Shown one piece after another: positions 1-10,423 of a stretch of 64,000 nucleotides of DNA. A program made the translations under genes and the position numbers. The stretch's first letter is position 1. Each line of letters opens with the position of its first letter. Under the pieces are notes generated by a model that saw nothing but the letters and a program-made list of their open reading frames with translations, ran no database searches and was not told the DNA's origin. Source of the stretch: an uncultured delta proteobacterium (GTDB taxonomy: Bacteria > Desulfobacterota > RBG-13-43-22); the NCBI GenBank assembly GCA_963843145.1, contig CAWJJC010000028.1, positions 608,001 to 672,000 on the forward strand. Reading direction: 5' to 3'.

Positions 1-1
1 T

Positions 2-382
2 TACGGCCTGGCCCACTACAGTCTGGGCAATCTGGAAGAGGCCGGAGTACAGGCCGAGCAGGCCCTGAAGTGCTCGCTGGCGAATAATGAAAAACAGCAT
101 CAAGGGACTTCCTGGAGGTTGAAAGGGATGGTTTTGGCCAAAGCCGATCCAGGGCAATTCGAGACCGCGGTAGAGCATATTCGGCGATCTAACACCATCC
201 TCGAAGAGTTGGGAATGCTACCCTGGTCCGGTTGTGGTTATTTCTCGTTAGGGGAGGTCTATGCCGAATCGGGCCGCAAGGAAGAGGCCTTAGAAAATCT
301 GAAAAAGGCGGAGACTTTGTTCCGGGATATGGGCATGGATTATTGGCTGGCCAAGGCCCAGGAGGCACTGGCAAAGCTCTGA
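2..382 (+). CDS. TPR-repeat protein, C-terminal part (5' truncated by window edge), typical of adenylate/guanylate cyclase-AAA-TPR proteins
   Basis: Frame open from nt 2 (YGLAHYSLGNLEEA...) to the stop at 382; TPR-like helices ending LKKAETLFRDMGMDYWLAKAQEALAKL. Confidence 0.75.
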   Translation, partial: YGLAHYSLGNLEEAGVQAEQALKCSLANNEKQHQGTSWRLKGMVLAKADPGQFETAVEHIRRSNTILEELGMLPWSGCGYFSLGEVYAESGRKEEALENLKKAETLFRDMGMDYWLAKAQEALAKL

Positions 383-812
383 GGACCACTGCAATAGCTG
401 AACTTCTATGGGTCCTCCCGTTTTATATACTTCAAACGATAATTGTTGATTTTTGTGATGGTCTTGGTGAAGGACTTGTAGGTGGAGTCCGGTTCATAGG
501 CCAGATTAGAGAGCGCGAATCCGAGCACCAACTCCGATCTCCATATTAGTCCAATCGTCCCCAACCATCAGGCCATAGCCCGCAATCTTATCCTCCAGGG
601 CCTCAGCGAGCACTGGGGCTGGATAGATGAGCAAATCAACATTGATCTGGTGGACGTTGCCGCGTTATATTCATCCGGCCACTTCGTTCTCGGCTGGCTT
701 GATGACGTTCTGGTCGCCACGGGTGCCTTGATTCCAGGGACAGAAACCTCAATGCGAATTGTCCGAATGAGAGCCGAGACAAACTGTTGGAAATTTGATC
801 AACACCGTCTTT

Positions 813-1458
813 TTAATCTGGTTTTACCTCTGGTGTAATTGCTTCTTTTTCCGCAAGTTCCATAAATCGCTTTACAGCCGAAATTATACGCTCCCGACCA
901 TCATCTCCAAGATCCTCAATAATTTTGTCAAAATTCTTTTTGATGTCTTTTCCCATCCTCTGAATTCTCTTGTTTTTTATGGCGTCCCCGTGTTTCAGCT
1001 CCCACTCCCGCTGTTTAATAATGGCCTTTCTCAGATTCGTTAGGCTCATTATCTCTTTGGATAGTTGGAGGTATTTGACGCCGGTTTCCTTTTCCTCCGA
1101 GATAATCCTTTTTATCCGGCTCTCCTGCTGATCGGCAATTTCTTCTAACGTGTCCCCCGGGGTTTTATCTTCGTTCTCGGGCTCGTAGGGGTTGGGAAGA
1201 AAGTCATTTCTGCAAGGGCTGGGGTTGATTAGAAGATGCGCAATCCTTCGAGAAAATTTGAGGATCCCTTGGGATATGGAATGGACCGAGGATTGGGCAT
1301 TGATTTGCCAAGCCTCTCGGACATGTTTGGCTATTGATTTGGCGCTTTCTCCATTTTTTAATCGGGTGAAGACCTCATAAATCTGGTCATCTGTTAAACC
1401 CGATATCCAAGTCCGTTCCTTGCCGGCAACAGAGGCTTTTTTCCTTAGTTCCTCGATT
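813..1458 (-). pseudogene. Hypothetical helical protein (possible HTH, phage-like), 5' end cut by an IS21-type end
   Basis: 220-aa ORF with no native start; the open frame runs into the IS21-like terminus at 1459; AT-richer than core genes. Confidence 0.45.
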
Positions 1459-1553
1459 TGTATATTCCGGACCAAAGTGACCAGTTATTCCGATCGAAAC
1501 TGACCAGTGATTCCGGAGCAAACTGACCACCGATTCCGGCGGGAAACTGACCA
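1459..1553. mobile_element. Orphan IS21-family terminal region
   Basis: Begins TGTATATTCCGG, followed by four ~23-bp tandem units ATTCCG-N-AAA(C/G)TGACCA, the multi-repeat end architecture of the IS21 family; no istAB nearby. Confidence 0.75.
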
Positions 1554-1607
1554 AGTGCCGGAGTGGGGGATGTTCGTGCAGAACGTGCACGGCGTTTCAC
1601 TTTTTCA

Positions 1608-2021
1608 TTAGGCTTCGGAAACCCAATTTTCGCACTTGAGATTCGGGATTCTGGAAAATTCTTTGATGTTGTTGGAAACCAGGGTCAGATCCAGACTCAA
1701 GGCGTGGGCGGCTATCAGGGTATCCAGAGGACCGATGATTTTTCCTTTGGATTCCAGAAAGGACCGTATTTTCCCATAACTTTCGACTAATCCTTTTCCC
1801 TGAAAAGGAAGGATGGTCAGGGGCAGCAGGAATTCATCAAGGGCCGCTTGATTTTTATTTTTGTGGTTGCTTTTCGCAACACCATACTGAAGTTCGGCAT
1901 GGGTTATGGATGAAATCCCGAACTCATGAACGGGATACCGTTCAAATTTATGCATAACCTTCTTCGGCTTTTCATTGATGATATAGATGCAAATATTGGT
2001 GTCCAAAAGGTATTTCATCAC
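1608..2021 (-). CDS. vapC: Type II TA toxin, PIN-domain ribonuclease
   Basis: YLLDTNICIY, SSITHAEL, IGPLDTLIAAHA, LVSNNIKEFSRIPNL PIN motifs; overlaps the antitoxin by 4 nt. Confidence 0.95.
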   Translation of the reverse strand: MMKYLLDTNICIYIINEKPKKVMHKFERYPVHEFGISSITHAELQYGVAKSNHKNKNQAALDEFLLPLTILPFQGKGLVESYGKIRSFLESKGKIIGPLDTLIAAHALSLDLTLVSNNIKEFSRIPNLKCENWVSEA

Positions 2022-2254
2022 TGGAACAGCGGCCCTCGCTTTTGGGCTTCTACCGGTTGATTTCGCTCGATCTTAAAATCCTTCTCAAAATGGTCCAAGC
2101 TTTTGAAAAGGGTCGCCCAGGACTTTTCTTTGGGCAACAGAACGATCGCCTCCCCTTGTTTCTTGATATATACCTCGGTACCCATCATTCTAAATTCCTT
2201 TGGCAATCTGACCGCCTGGCTCTGCCCATTTTTAAACAGTTTTGCCGTTTTCAT
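2018..2254 (-). CDS. vapB: Type II TA antitoxin, AbrB/SpoVT-type
   Basis: MKTAKLFKNGQSQAVRLPKEFR signature. Confidence 0.95.
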   Translation of the reverse strand: MKTAKLFKNGQSQAVRLPKEFRMMGTEVYIKKQGEAIVLLPKEKSWATLFKSLDHFEKDFKIERNQPVEAQKRGPLFQ

Positions 2255-2391
2255 GGCACCTCTCCATCCCTTTCACTGTCAGTCTATATTCAAAGTATAG
2301 ACTTATTGATTCGTTTGTCAAGCGGTTTATCAGCATTTTTTGACCTATTAACGGTCTCATAATAGAACAGACTATCTCGATGTTCTCTTAT

Positions 2392-2476
2392 CGTCATTCC
2401 CGCAGCGCTTCCGGGCGGGAATCCAGCCCCGGTCTGGTACGATTCTGGATCCCCGACAAAGACACTCGGGGATGAC
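2392..2476. repeat. CGTC/GTCAT-type REP palindrome
   Basis: CGTCATTCCCG..CGGGAATCCAG ... CTGGATCCCCG..CGGGGATGAC double hairpin. Confidence 0.8.
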
Positions 2477-2509
2477 AGTCGGTGGTATGTACAGACAATT
2501 ATGAGACCC

Positions 2510-4850
2510 TTAATAACTTGCCTCGTTTTTGTTCTCTGCGGGTTTTTTCGGGAAAAAGACGGAGAACTCTGTTTCCCCGGAATGGAGGCAGTCTTCGGCG
2601 CTTTGGCAGAAGGGGCAGCGGCTGATCCGACCGGGACACAGATCGCTAGTTCCCGGGGATGAAGCGGCAACGCCGCGAAGTCTGGGTGATTTGAAACCCG
2701 TATCTTTCCGAGAGGATCTTGATGCGGAGCAAATCCGCCCCTTTCCCTCCGGCGTTAAAGGCATAGGGGCGTTTGGAGGAGTAGTCCATCACCTCCTGGG
2801 TGGGGTAAAACCCTTCAAAAAGCCGCTTCTGGTTTTCTTCGGTAATCCCTTGTCCGTAATCGTGAATCCGTAGGAGCGCACCGTCTCCCTGGCGCCGGAT
2901 CAGAATTTCAATCGTTCCTTCATCGGGCGTATTCTCGACGGCATTGCGCAGTAAACCGTCAAAAACCTTTTGGAAAATCTCCGGGGGAAACAGGATGGAG
3001 GTATCGGGCTCCAGCGTGGTGCTGATTTTCACCTGGCGGTGGGAGAACTCCGGTTCCAATTGCCGGAGCCGTTCCCTGACCCGGCGATCAAGAACGATTT
3101 CCTCGGCGACGGCCTCCCGAGGGCCGTAGAGGCGGTCAATGTGTTTCTTGATTCGTGCGTACAGACTTTCCTCCCCACTGTATTCCACGGCCACCGACGC
3201 CAGTTCCTCAGCGCATTGATCCAGAAGGAGGGAAAGCAGGCCGGCCGTCTTCAAAGGGCGTTCACTCATAATGTCTTCAACCTGATACTGGATCTCCAGG
3301 ATTCGGTCCAGGTTTCGTTTAATTCGCTCCACGGCCGGCTTCCAGGCTTCTTCCCGCAGAGAGGTATTTTTTTGTGAGAGGAAACGAAGGGAGCTGGAGA
3401 GGATGGCCACCGGGGTGGTCAGTTCGTGGGATAAATGATTGATGGCTTTATCTTTGGCCCGATTGAGGCTCGTGACTTCCCGGTAGGCCTTTTGGAGTTC
3501 CAGTGTTACCCGGGCATTTTCGATGGAGAGGGCCACGGTCCCGGCGATCATACTTAATAGCTCCAGGTCTTCCTGAATAAAAGCCCCCTCCTTCTTGTTG
3601 ATGGCGCAAAGGGCTCCGATGATGTGGTCCACCGATTTCAAAGGAACCAGGGCCAGCGTCTTGGTTTGATACCCCAATTTCTTGTCCCGCTCCGCGTGGA
3701 GTTCGAGGTCCTCGGAGGGGTCCGCCACGATCAGCGGCTCCCCGGTCCGGATGACCTTGCCGGCCATCAACCCGTTTATAGGGAAGCGGCGCTCCTTCAC
3801 TTTCTTATCCCTCAAGGCTTCATCAAAGGCGGCGCCGGGGAAATACAATTCCTGCTTTTCTTCATCCAGCAGCGTAGTGACCGCCCCCTCGCTCTGGAGC
3901 AGGGTTTTCACTTCCTCGTTGACGTAATCCAGGAGGTCTTCCAGGTCCGGATAAAGAGGCAGCGCTCGACTGATCCGCAGCAACGCCTCGTTGGTCCGGG
4001 CCATCCGTTTTTCCCGGGTGACATCCCGAAGGGTGACGATCTGGCCGGCCGGCTCATCCGGGGATAATGAAAAAACCGCCGCCCGGATCACCACGTCCAA
4101 AAGGCGGCCGTCCTTGGTCAGACGCTGGGCCTCGTAACGCATAATCACCCGATCGTACAAAAGCCGCTTGATGTTTTCGTCGGTTTCCTGTTTCAGATCG
4201 GCCGGCACATAGGGTATTTTTTTCCCTTCCAGTTCATCGAGGGCCCAGCCGAAAATTTCAGTAAAGGCCGGGTTGAGATAGGAAACCAGGCCGTCCAATG
4301 TAAAAACAACAATCGGGTAGGGTTCAAAGTCCAGGAGCGCCCTCAACCGTCTTTCGGACTTTTGCAGTGCCCGCTCTGATTTTTTTCTATCGGTAATATC
4401 TTGGAGGGTCTCGATGGCCCCGTTGACCCTTCCCTGGGCGTCATGCAGCGGGGCAGCGGTAAAAAACAGCCACTTTCCGCCCGTGGATAAATTCGGGAAA
4501 AAGTCTTCTACCTCATAGGCGCCTTCGATCAGGGATGATTTCTTGCATTTATCGGCATAATGCTGGGCAATCTCCACCTCGGTGCCTTCTTGGACGATAT
4601 AATCGGCCAGAGTCGGCCGGTGGGTCGGGTAGAAAGCCTGCCACTGGTTCTGGGTCCCGATGAGAGATACCGCCGAAAGGCCGGTCAGGTTTTCGAAGGC
4701 TTTGTTGCAATGCGTAATACAATGCCGATCGTCAATCACAAAGGCGGCGATGGACAGCCCTTGAATAATCTGGGAAAGTCGTGCCTTACTCGATACCCTT
4801 GGGGTTGATGGGAGGCCCGCGAACAACGATGTTTTTTTCTTCCTGGGCAT
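2510..4850 (-). CDS. PAS-PAS-GAF sensor histidine kinase (+1 frameshift near 2650)
   Basis: PAS (NPAFTEIFG), GAF, H-box LSHELTTP, N-box LLRNAVE, DYGQG. The C-terminus (...GETEFSVFFP) lies in the adjacent frame ending at 2510. Confidence 0.88.
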
Positions 4851-5290
4851 TGAAATAGGTCGCCCTGACAATTCAATGAATGGGTTCGATCCGGGGGATT
4901 GGCCCATCCCCAGGAACTATTGACTCAAGGAGGAATACAAAACCGGGTCAAATGGTATTACGAAGATAACCCATTGTCAATGCTTAATAAAAAATTAAAA
5001 GGGGTAATAGAAATTTTTGATAGGTATTGGGCGCTTTTCCCTCGATCCAAAGGGAAAAAAATTCCCTACAGGGGATTATTTTGGCTAAGTTATTGAATTT
5101 TGAATTATAAATTGTGTCAAGGCCATGACAGACCCTGTAGGATAATCAATACAAAATTAACAGTCGGTAGGAAAAAAAACGGACCATATTTTTTAAAGAT
5201 TAACTAAATCAATAACATATAAAAAATGTCATATCTTGCATAAAATTTGCATAACTATTCTGTAAATATCTTAATCAGGGGGGATGGGGC

Positions 5291-5446
5291 ATGTTCTTAT
5301 TCATTTTGGGTACTATTTTAGGATGCTCGTTAGGTATGGTTTTCGTAGCCCTGCTTATGAAATCCAAGGAAACGGACGAATCAGCCTGTCAGGCCCTTCG
5401 GGAGGCGCCTATTATGGCCGAGGAAAACTTGGTCATCACCCGGTAG
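5291..5446 (+). CDS. Small 51-aa single-TM protein (DUF3789-like), below the ORF-track cutoff
   Basis: MFLFILGTILGCSLGMVFVALLMKSKETDESACQALREAPIMAEENLVITR; G-rich RBS upstream. Confidence 0.6.
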   Translation: MFLFILGTILGCSLGMVFVALLMKSKETDESACQALREAPIMAEENLVITR

Positions 5447-5539
5447 CCTCCTCCATTTTGGGATTTATTTGCAATTGTCTGGGAATCCCTAGGATGATAG
5501 ATTGGAATAAGATCAAATCATCGAAGGAGGGACTAGACT

Positions 5540-5974
5540 ATGAAAAGATGGATCGCTGGGGGGATCGGAATCCTTTTTTTCCTGGGGATGGGTATAAGGG
5601 AGATGGGGGTGCAGGCCGGCAACCATTTTCCTGTGGGCGAAATCCTGGCTAAAAAGGATAAGGAAAAAGAGGATAAAGGGCTAAAAAATAAAGAGGAAAA
5701 GTTAGAGGCCAAAGAAAGAGAACTGAATTCCAGAGAAGAAGCGCTAAATAAGAAGGAAGAAGCGCTGAATAAGTGGGAAGATAAACTCAAAAAGCAAGGC
5801 CGGAGATTCCGCCGAGGGGTTCAGCAGGGAGCAGGCGCCGGGCTTCAGCAGACTCCGGGAGCGCCTGCGGTATTTTCCCCGAGAACAACCATCCCTAAAA
5901 CCCTGCCGCAGTCGAATATGGCGGCCCCTAAAAACCCCCCACCCCCGACCGCAACAACTCCACCCCGGCAGTAA
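5540..5974 (+). CDS. Hypothetical exported coiled-coil protein with Pro-rich tail
   Basis: GGAGG RBS, signal-peptide-like N-terminus, KEEALNK heptad repeats. Confidence 0.7.
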   Translation: MKRWIAGGIGILFFLGMGIREMGVQAGNHFPVGEILAKKDKEKEDKGLKNKEEKLEAKERELNSREEALNKKEEALNKWEDKLKKQGRRFRRGVQQGAGAGLQQTPGAPAVFSPRTTIPKTLPQSNMAAPKNPPPPTATTPPRQ

Positions 5975-6038
5975 ACCTCACCGTCCCTTTAGTACGAAAA
6001 TAGAACCCGGCGCCACTCGGGCATTCATCAATAATTAA

Positions 6039-6725
6039 TTAGGAAAGTAAGGGAAGCAAGTCCCCGGGTTTTTCTATAAGCCACCGCGCTCCCTGAGCCC
6101 TGAGTTCATCGGCCTGGCGGAACCCCCAGAGGACTCCCACCGCTGCCATCCCGGCAGCGCCGGCCGTTTTCATGTCAATTCCGGTATCCCCCAAGTAGAT
6201 AAAATATTCCGGCGCGATTTGTAGGGCCTCGGCGATTTCAAGCGCCCCGGCCGGGTCGGGTTTCTTCGGAACCGAGGGCCGGGCCCCGAAGACCGGCCTA
6301 AACCGCCAGCGGGGCAAAAGCCTGGCCACCATGATTTGGGTGAAATGGTCCAATTTATTGGAAAGGATAGCCATCTTGAATCCCAGTCCGGTCAAGTGAT
6401 CCAATAATTCCGTGATCCCGGGGTAGGGGCGGGTCTTGTTTTCCCAGCGGCGACTGTATTCCTCCCGCAACGCCCCCAGGCAGTGATCCAGTAATTCCGG
6501 CCGGAGTTGATCCTCGGGCAGGGCCCTTCGGATCAGGGCTTCCACCCCCTCACCCACGAAGTATTTATAGGCGTTGAGGGTATGGCTGGGAAAACCAAGG
6601 TCCGTGAGGACCTGATTCATGGAATCCGCCAGATCTTCAATGGTATCCAGCAGGGTTCCGTCGAGGTCAAAAATAATGCCCGCGTATTTCAATTTAATTT
6701 CCATTTTTGAATCCCGATTATCCAT
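6039..6725 (-). CDS. HAD-family hydrolase (phosphoglycolate phosphatase-like)
   Basis: FDLDGTLLDT, LSNK, KKPDP, YLGDTGID motifs. Confidence 0.92.
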   Translation of the reverse strand: MDNRDSKMEIKLKYAGIIFDLDGTLLDTIEDLADSMNQVLTDLGFPSHTLNAYKYFVGEGVEALIRRALPEDQLRPELLDHCLGALREEYSRRWENKTRPYPGITELLDHLTGLGFKMAILSNKLDHFTQIMVARLLPRWRFRPVFGARPSVPKKPDPAGALEIAEALQIAPEYFIYLGDTGIDMKTAGAAGMAAVGVLWGFRQADELRAQGARWLIEKPGDLLPLLS

Positions 6726-6753
6726 TGACTACTCCCGGCTAATTCCATATAGT

Positions 6754-6988
6754 TTAATACGAAAATAGAATTGATCACCGCTTTTTAGGCGTTTTGTTTT
6801 TGCCGTCATCCCGGACTCGATCCGGGATCCAGGTGACCCAGGACCTTCACTGCCCTGGATTCCGGCCATTCGACAATGCTCATGGCCCTGAGCTAGCCGA
6901 AGGGCATTCGCCGGAATGACGACCTAACAAATTGAATAAAAATAAATTTTCATGCTTCGGGGTGCCCGCCCCGGGCATGGGGGTTTAG
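6754..6988 (+). mobile_element. Mini-element TTAATACGAAAATA...TTTTCATGCTTCG-hairpin carrying a nested REP
   Basis: Same ends as the copies at 23151, 23346 and 61600; GTCAT REP at 6804-6921 inside. Confidence 0.65.
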
Positions 6989-7015
6989 TACTCAAATAGA
7001 GGAGGTAACGACCCC

Positions 7016-7558
7016 ATGGCGGAACTAGTGGACATTCTTAAAGGCCGTAGATCCATTCGAAATTACCATGCCCAGGAGATCCCGGAAGAGGTCTTGGCGC
7101 ATATATTGGAGGCCGTGCAATGGTCGCCTTCCTGGGCCAATACCCAATGCTGGGAGGTTATTGTCGTCAAAAACAAGGACACCATGCAGAAACTCCAGGA
7201 GACCTTGTCCCAGGGCAATCCGGCCACGCGGGCCATGGTGGAGGCGCCGGCGATTTTAGTGCTCTGCGGTAAACAGGGCGTTTCCGGCTCCTACAAGGGG
7301 CAGGTGACCACCAAGTTCGGTGACTGGTTCATGTTTGACCTGGGCCTGGCCACCCAGAGCCTCTGTCTGGCCGCCTGGAATCTGGGTTTGGGTACGGTGG
7401 TGGTCGGACTCTTTGATCATAATCGAGCGGCCGCTGTCCTGGGGGTACCCGCAGGCTATGAACTTGTAGCCATGGTGCCCTTAGGCTATCCGGCCAAGCA
7501 ACCGGCAGCCCCCAAACGAAGAGAGATCAGCGCGTTCACCCACCACGAAAAATTTTGA
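7016..7558 (+). CDS. Nitroreductase family protein
   Basis: RRSIRNY, SPSWANTQCW, LGLGTVVVG, PLGYP. Confidence 0.93.
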   Translation: MAELVDILKGRRSIRNYHAQEIPEEVLAHILEAVQWSPSWANTQCWEVIVVKNKDTMQKLQETLSQGNPATRAMVEAPAILVLCGKQGVSGSYKGQVTTKFGDWFMFDLGLATQSLCLAAWNLGLGTVVVGLFDHNRAAAVLGVPAGYELVAMVPLGYPAKQPAAPKRREISAFTHHEKF

Positions 7559-7561
7559 TTG

Positions 7562-7740
7562 TAAATTCGAAATCCGAAACACGAAATCCGAAACAAACTC
7601 AAATGACCAAAATTCGAAATCCAAAACCCCCCTGGCTGTGAACCGCCCCGGTCTACCCAAACAGAGAATCCGTTTCGATCATTTGAATTTTGAACATTGC
7701 TTTTTGTTTCGGATTTCGGATTTCGAGTTTCGAATTTAGG
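7562..7740. repeat. Heptamer-based inverted-repeat element (AATCCGA/AATTCGA family)
   Basis: aattcgaaatccgaaacacgaaatccgaaac ... gtttcggatttcggatttcgagtttcgaattt; related copies at 11090, 41560, 46889. Confidence 0.8.
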
Positions 7741-7763
7741 TCCAAAAGGTTGCCTGTCTCTTA

Positions 7764-8501
7764 CTATCTCTTGAAGAGGTGTTTGATTGCCCCCCAGCCC
7801 ATTTTGCGGCGTAACATACCAAGCTGATCCTGTAAGGGGAGTTGTTTGGGGCAGACATCTTCGCAGCCCAATAAGCCCATACAACCGAAAATGCCTGCAT
7901 CGGTCCCGACCACTTCAAAGTACTCCCGCTCCCGACGCTGGTCCCGGGGGTCGAGCATGAACCGGGCGATACGATTCAGGGCCACGGCCCCGATAAAATC
8001 CGGACGCATGTTGGCCGTGCCGCAGGCGGCTACGCAACAACCGCATTCCACACAGCGCTCCAATTCGTAGATTTCGTCGGCCAGGCGGTTATCCATCCGC
8101 TCTTCCGGCGCCGTGGGGTCTAAGACTCTGTCGGTATGAATCCAGGACTGGACCTGTTCGTTCATTCCCCGAAACCAGGTCCCCGTATCCACGGATAAAT
8201 CTCCCACCAGTTTGAAAACCGGCAATGGGAGCAGGGTGATATCCTCGGGCAGGTCCTTGGTCTTGGTATGACAGGCCAGGTCGGGTCGGCCGTTGATCAG
8301 CATGGCGCAAGACCCGCAGATACCGGCCCGGCAGCAGAAATCAAACTGCAGGCTGGAATCCTGCTCCTCCCGGATGCGGTTCAGGGCCAGAAACAAGGTC
8401 AGGCTGTCCGTTTCCTCCACCTGAAAATCCTGCATCCGGGGTTGGGAATCGGGATCCAGCGGGTTGTAGCGAAAGATATGAAAAGTCAGCAAGCGGGCCA
8501 T
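7764..8501 (-). CDS. frdB: Fumarate reductase iron-sulfur subunit
   Basis: CRAGICGSC, CVECGCC, CMGLLGCEDVCPK. Confidence 0.95.
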   Translation of the reverse strand: MARLLTFHIFRYNPLDPDSQPRMQDFQVEETDSLTLFLALNRIREEQDSSLQFDFCCRAGICGSCAMLINGRPDLACHTKTKDLPEDITLLPLPVFKLVGDLSVDTGTWFRGMNEQVQSWIHTDRVLDPTAPEERMDNRLADEIYELERCVECGCCVAACGTANMRPDFIGAVALNRIARFMLDPRDQRREREYFEVVGTDAGIFGCMGLLGCEDVCPKQLPLQDQLGMLRRKMGWGAIKHLFKR

Positions 8502-8531
8502 GGTTTCAAAACTCCTTATCCAATTTAGCCA

Positions 8532-10409
8532 TTATTCATTCATCAGCGGCGGTTCCTCTTCCGGTTGGACCAGACCGCAAACCGTGGGGTCTTCCGAACA
8601 GATAATCTTACAGACTCCGTAGCCGCGCTCTCCCGGGGGGATTTCCCAGACCCTGGAGTTCGGTTCGTAATTCAAGGTGGGCAGGGAGGCGCCTTCTTCC
8701 CAGGTAGCCAGGGTTCGCTTGAGCCAATCCTTATCGTTGCGTTCCGGATAATCCTCCCGGGCATGGCAGCCCCGGCTCTCGGTGCGCACCAGGGCCCCGT
8801 AAGCCACGCATAAAGCCAGGCGGACCATTCCCGGGAAGCGGATAGCCAGGGCCAACTCGGGATTGGCCCCGAGGCCGTTGGATTTCAGCCCGACTCGTTG
8901 GGCCCGATCATAGATCGCCTGCAAGCCTTCCACCGCCTGACGCAAGTCGCCTTCGTTGCGGAAGATGGCCACGCGGTCCATCAGGGTGTCCTGCATTTCA
9001 TTGCGTAAAGCGTACACGTTTTCCCGGCCGTCGCTTCTGCGGATGAGTCGCTGGATCCGCTCTTCATCTTTTTGAACGGTAGCCTGAACCACGGCCGTTT
9101 TAAATTCTACCTGATAGCCTTCCAAAAAATCAGCTACTTTTTGACCGATGATCCGTCCGGCCACAATCGTTTCAGCCAAGGAATTTCCCCCCAGCCGATT
9201 AAACCCATGCATATCCCAGCAGGCAGCTTCCCCGGCGGAGAAAAGGCCTCTCAAACCATAGGCCGCCCCGTCCTTATTGGTCCGCACCCCACCCATGCTG
9301 TAGTGCTGGGCCGGTCGGACCGGTATCATCTGGGTGATGGGATCGATTCCCAAAAACTTATTGCAGATTTCTTCGACTTCCCGGAGCTTGGTCTTGATAT
9401 GTTGGGCCCCCAGGTGGCGGATATCCAGCCAGAGATGGTCGCCGTAAGGGCCCTTGACGCCCTTCCCTTCGCGGATATGGTGGGTCATCCAGCGGGAAAC
9501 CACATCCCGTGAGGCCAGTTCCTGCTTGCCGGGCTCGTAAATGTTCATGAATCGTTCTTCGTTCACATCCTTCAAGGTTCCGCCGTCTCCCCGGCAGCCT
9601 TCGGTCACCAGAATATTGGTGGGCACGATTCCGGTGGGATGGAACTGTACGGCTTCCATGTTTCCCAGAGGGACGATTCCCGTATCCAGGGCGATAATCG
9701 CCCCACTGCCGTCGTTGATCACGGCATTGGTCGTTTCCCGGTAAACCCGGCCATAACCCCCGGTAGCGATCAGCGTGGCTTTGGCCAGATAGGCTCGCAG
9801 TTGGCCGGTCTTCAGGCAGCGAGCGACGGCCCCCTGACAGGTGACTCCGTCGTGGATCAACGAGATGGCTTCCACCCGGTCGTGGACGGTCACGCCCAAC
9901 TGGACGACCACATTGTCCATGGTGAACAGCAGGGTATGTCCGGTACCGTCGGAGGTGTAGCAGGTCCGCCACTTGGCAGTGCCCCCGAAATCTCGGGCGG
10001 TGATCAGGCCTTCTCTCTCCTGGGGCTCGATTTTTTCGTATTGCTTGCCGGTCTTGTAATAGGTGCTTTTTCCCGAGACCACCCGGTTCCAGGGGATGCC
10101 CCAATGGGCCATCTCGCGGACGGCGAGCGGGGCCGTTTCGGCAAACAGTCGGGCCACCTCTTGATCGCATCCCCAATCCGAACCCTTGACCGTGTCGGAA
10201 AAGTGGATATCCGGGCAGTCCCCATCTCCCATGCAGCAGTTGCCTAAAGAGGCCTGCATTCCGCCCTGGGCCGCGGCGGAATGGGAACGCCGCGGGGGGA
10301 CCACGCTGAGGCAGACGGTTTTAAAACCGCGGGAAGCGGCCTCCACGGCTACCCGTTCGCCGGCCAGGCCGGCTCCTATGGACAGCAGATCGGTATAAAA
10401 GGTTTCCAT
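8532..10409 (-). CDS. frdA: Fumarate reductase flavoprotein subunit
   Basis: GAGLAG, RSHSAAAQGG (covalent FAD His), QFHPT, ELASRD, HYSMGG, HGFNRLGGNSL. Confidence 0.96.
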   Translation of the reverse strand: METFYTDLLSIGAGLAGERVAVEAASRGFKTVCLSVVPPRRSHSAAAQGGMQASLGNCCMGDGDCPDIHFSDTVKGSDWGCDQEVARLFAETAPLAVREMAHWGIPWNRVVSGKSTYYKTGKQYEKIEPQEREGLITARDFGGTAKWRTCYTSDGTGHTLLFTMDNVVVQLGVTVHDRVEAISLIHDGVTCQGAVARCLKTGQLRAYLAKATLIATGGYGRVYRETTNAVINDGSGAIIALDTGIVPLGNMEAVQFHPTGIVPTNILVTEGCRGDGGTLKDVNEERFMNIYEPGKQELASRDVVSRWMTHHIREGKGVKGPYGDHLWLDIRHLGAQHIKTKLREVEEICNKFLGIDPITQMIPVRPAQHYSMGGVRTNKDGAAYGLRGLFSAGEAACWDMHGFNRLGGNSLAETIVAGRIIGQKVADFLEGYQVEFKTAVVQATVQKDEERIQRLIRRSDGRENVYALRNEMQDTLMDRVAIFRNEGDLRQAVEGLQAIYDRAQRVGLKSNGLGANPELALAIRFPGMVRLALCVAYGALVRTESRGCHAREDYPERNDKDWLKRTLATWEEGASLPTLNYEPNSRVWEIPPGERGYGVCKIICSEDPTVCGLVQPEEEPPLMNE

Positions 10410-10423
10410 CGCTAGGGCCTCAA

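Noticed and set aside
1464-1553. Tandem ~23-bp repeats as a CRISPR array or plasmid iterons
   Set aside because: No spacers, no cas or rep gene; the TG-initiated layout fits an IS21 end
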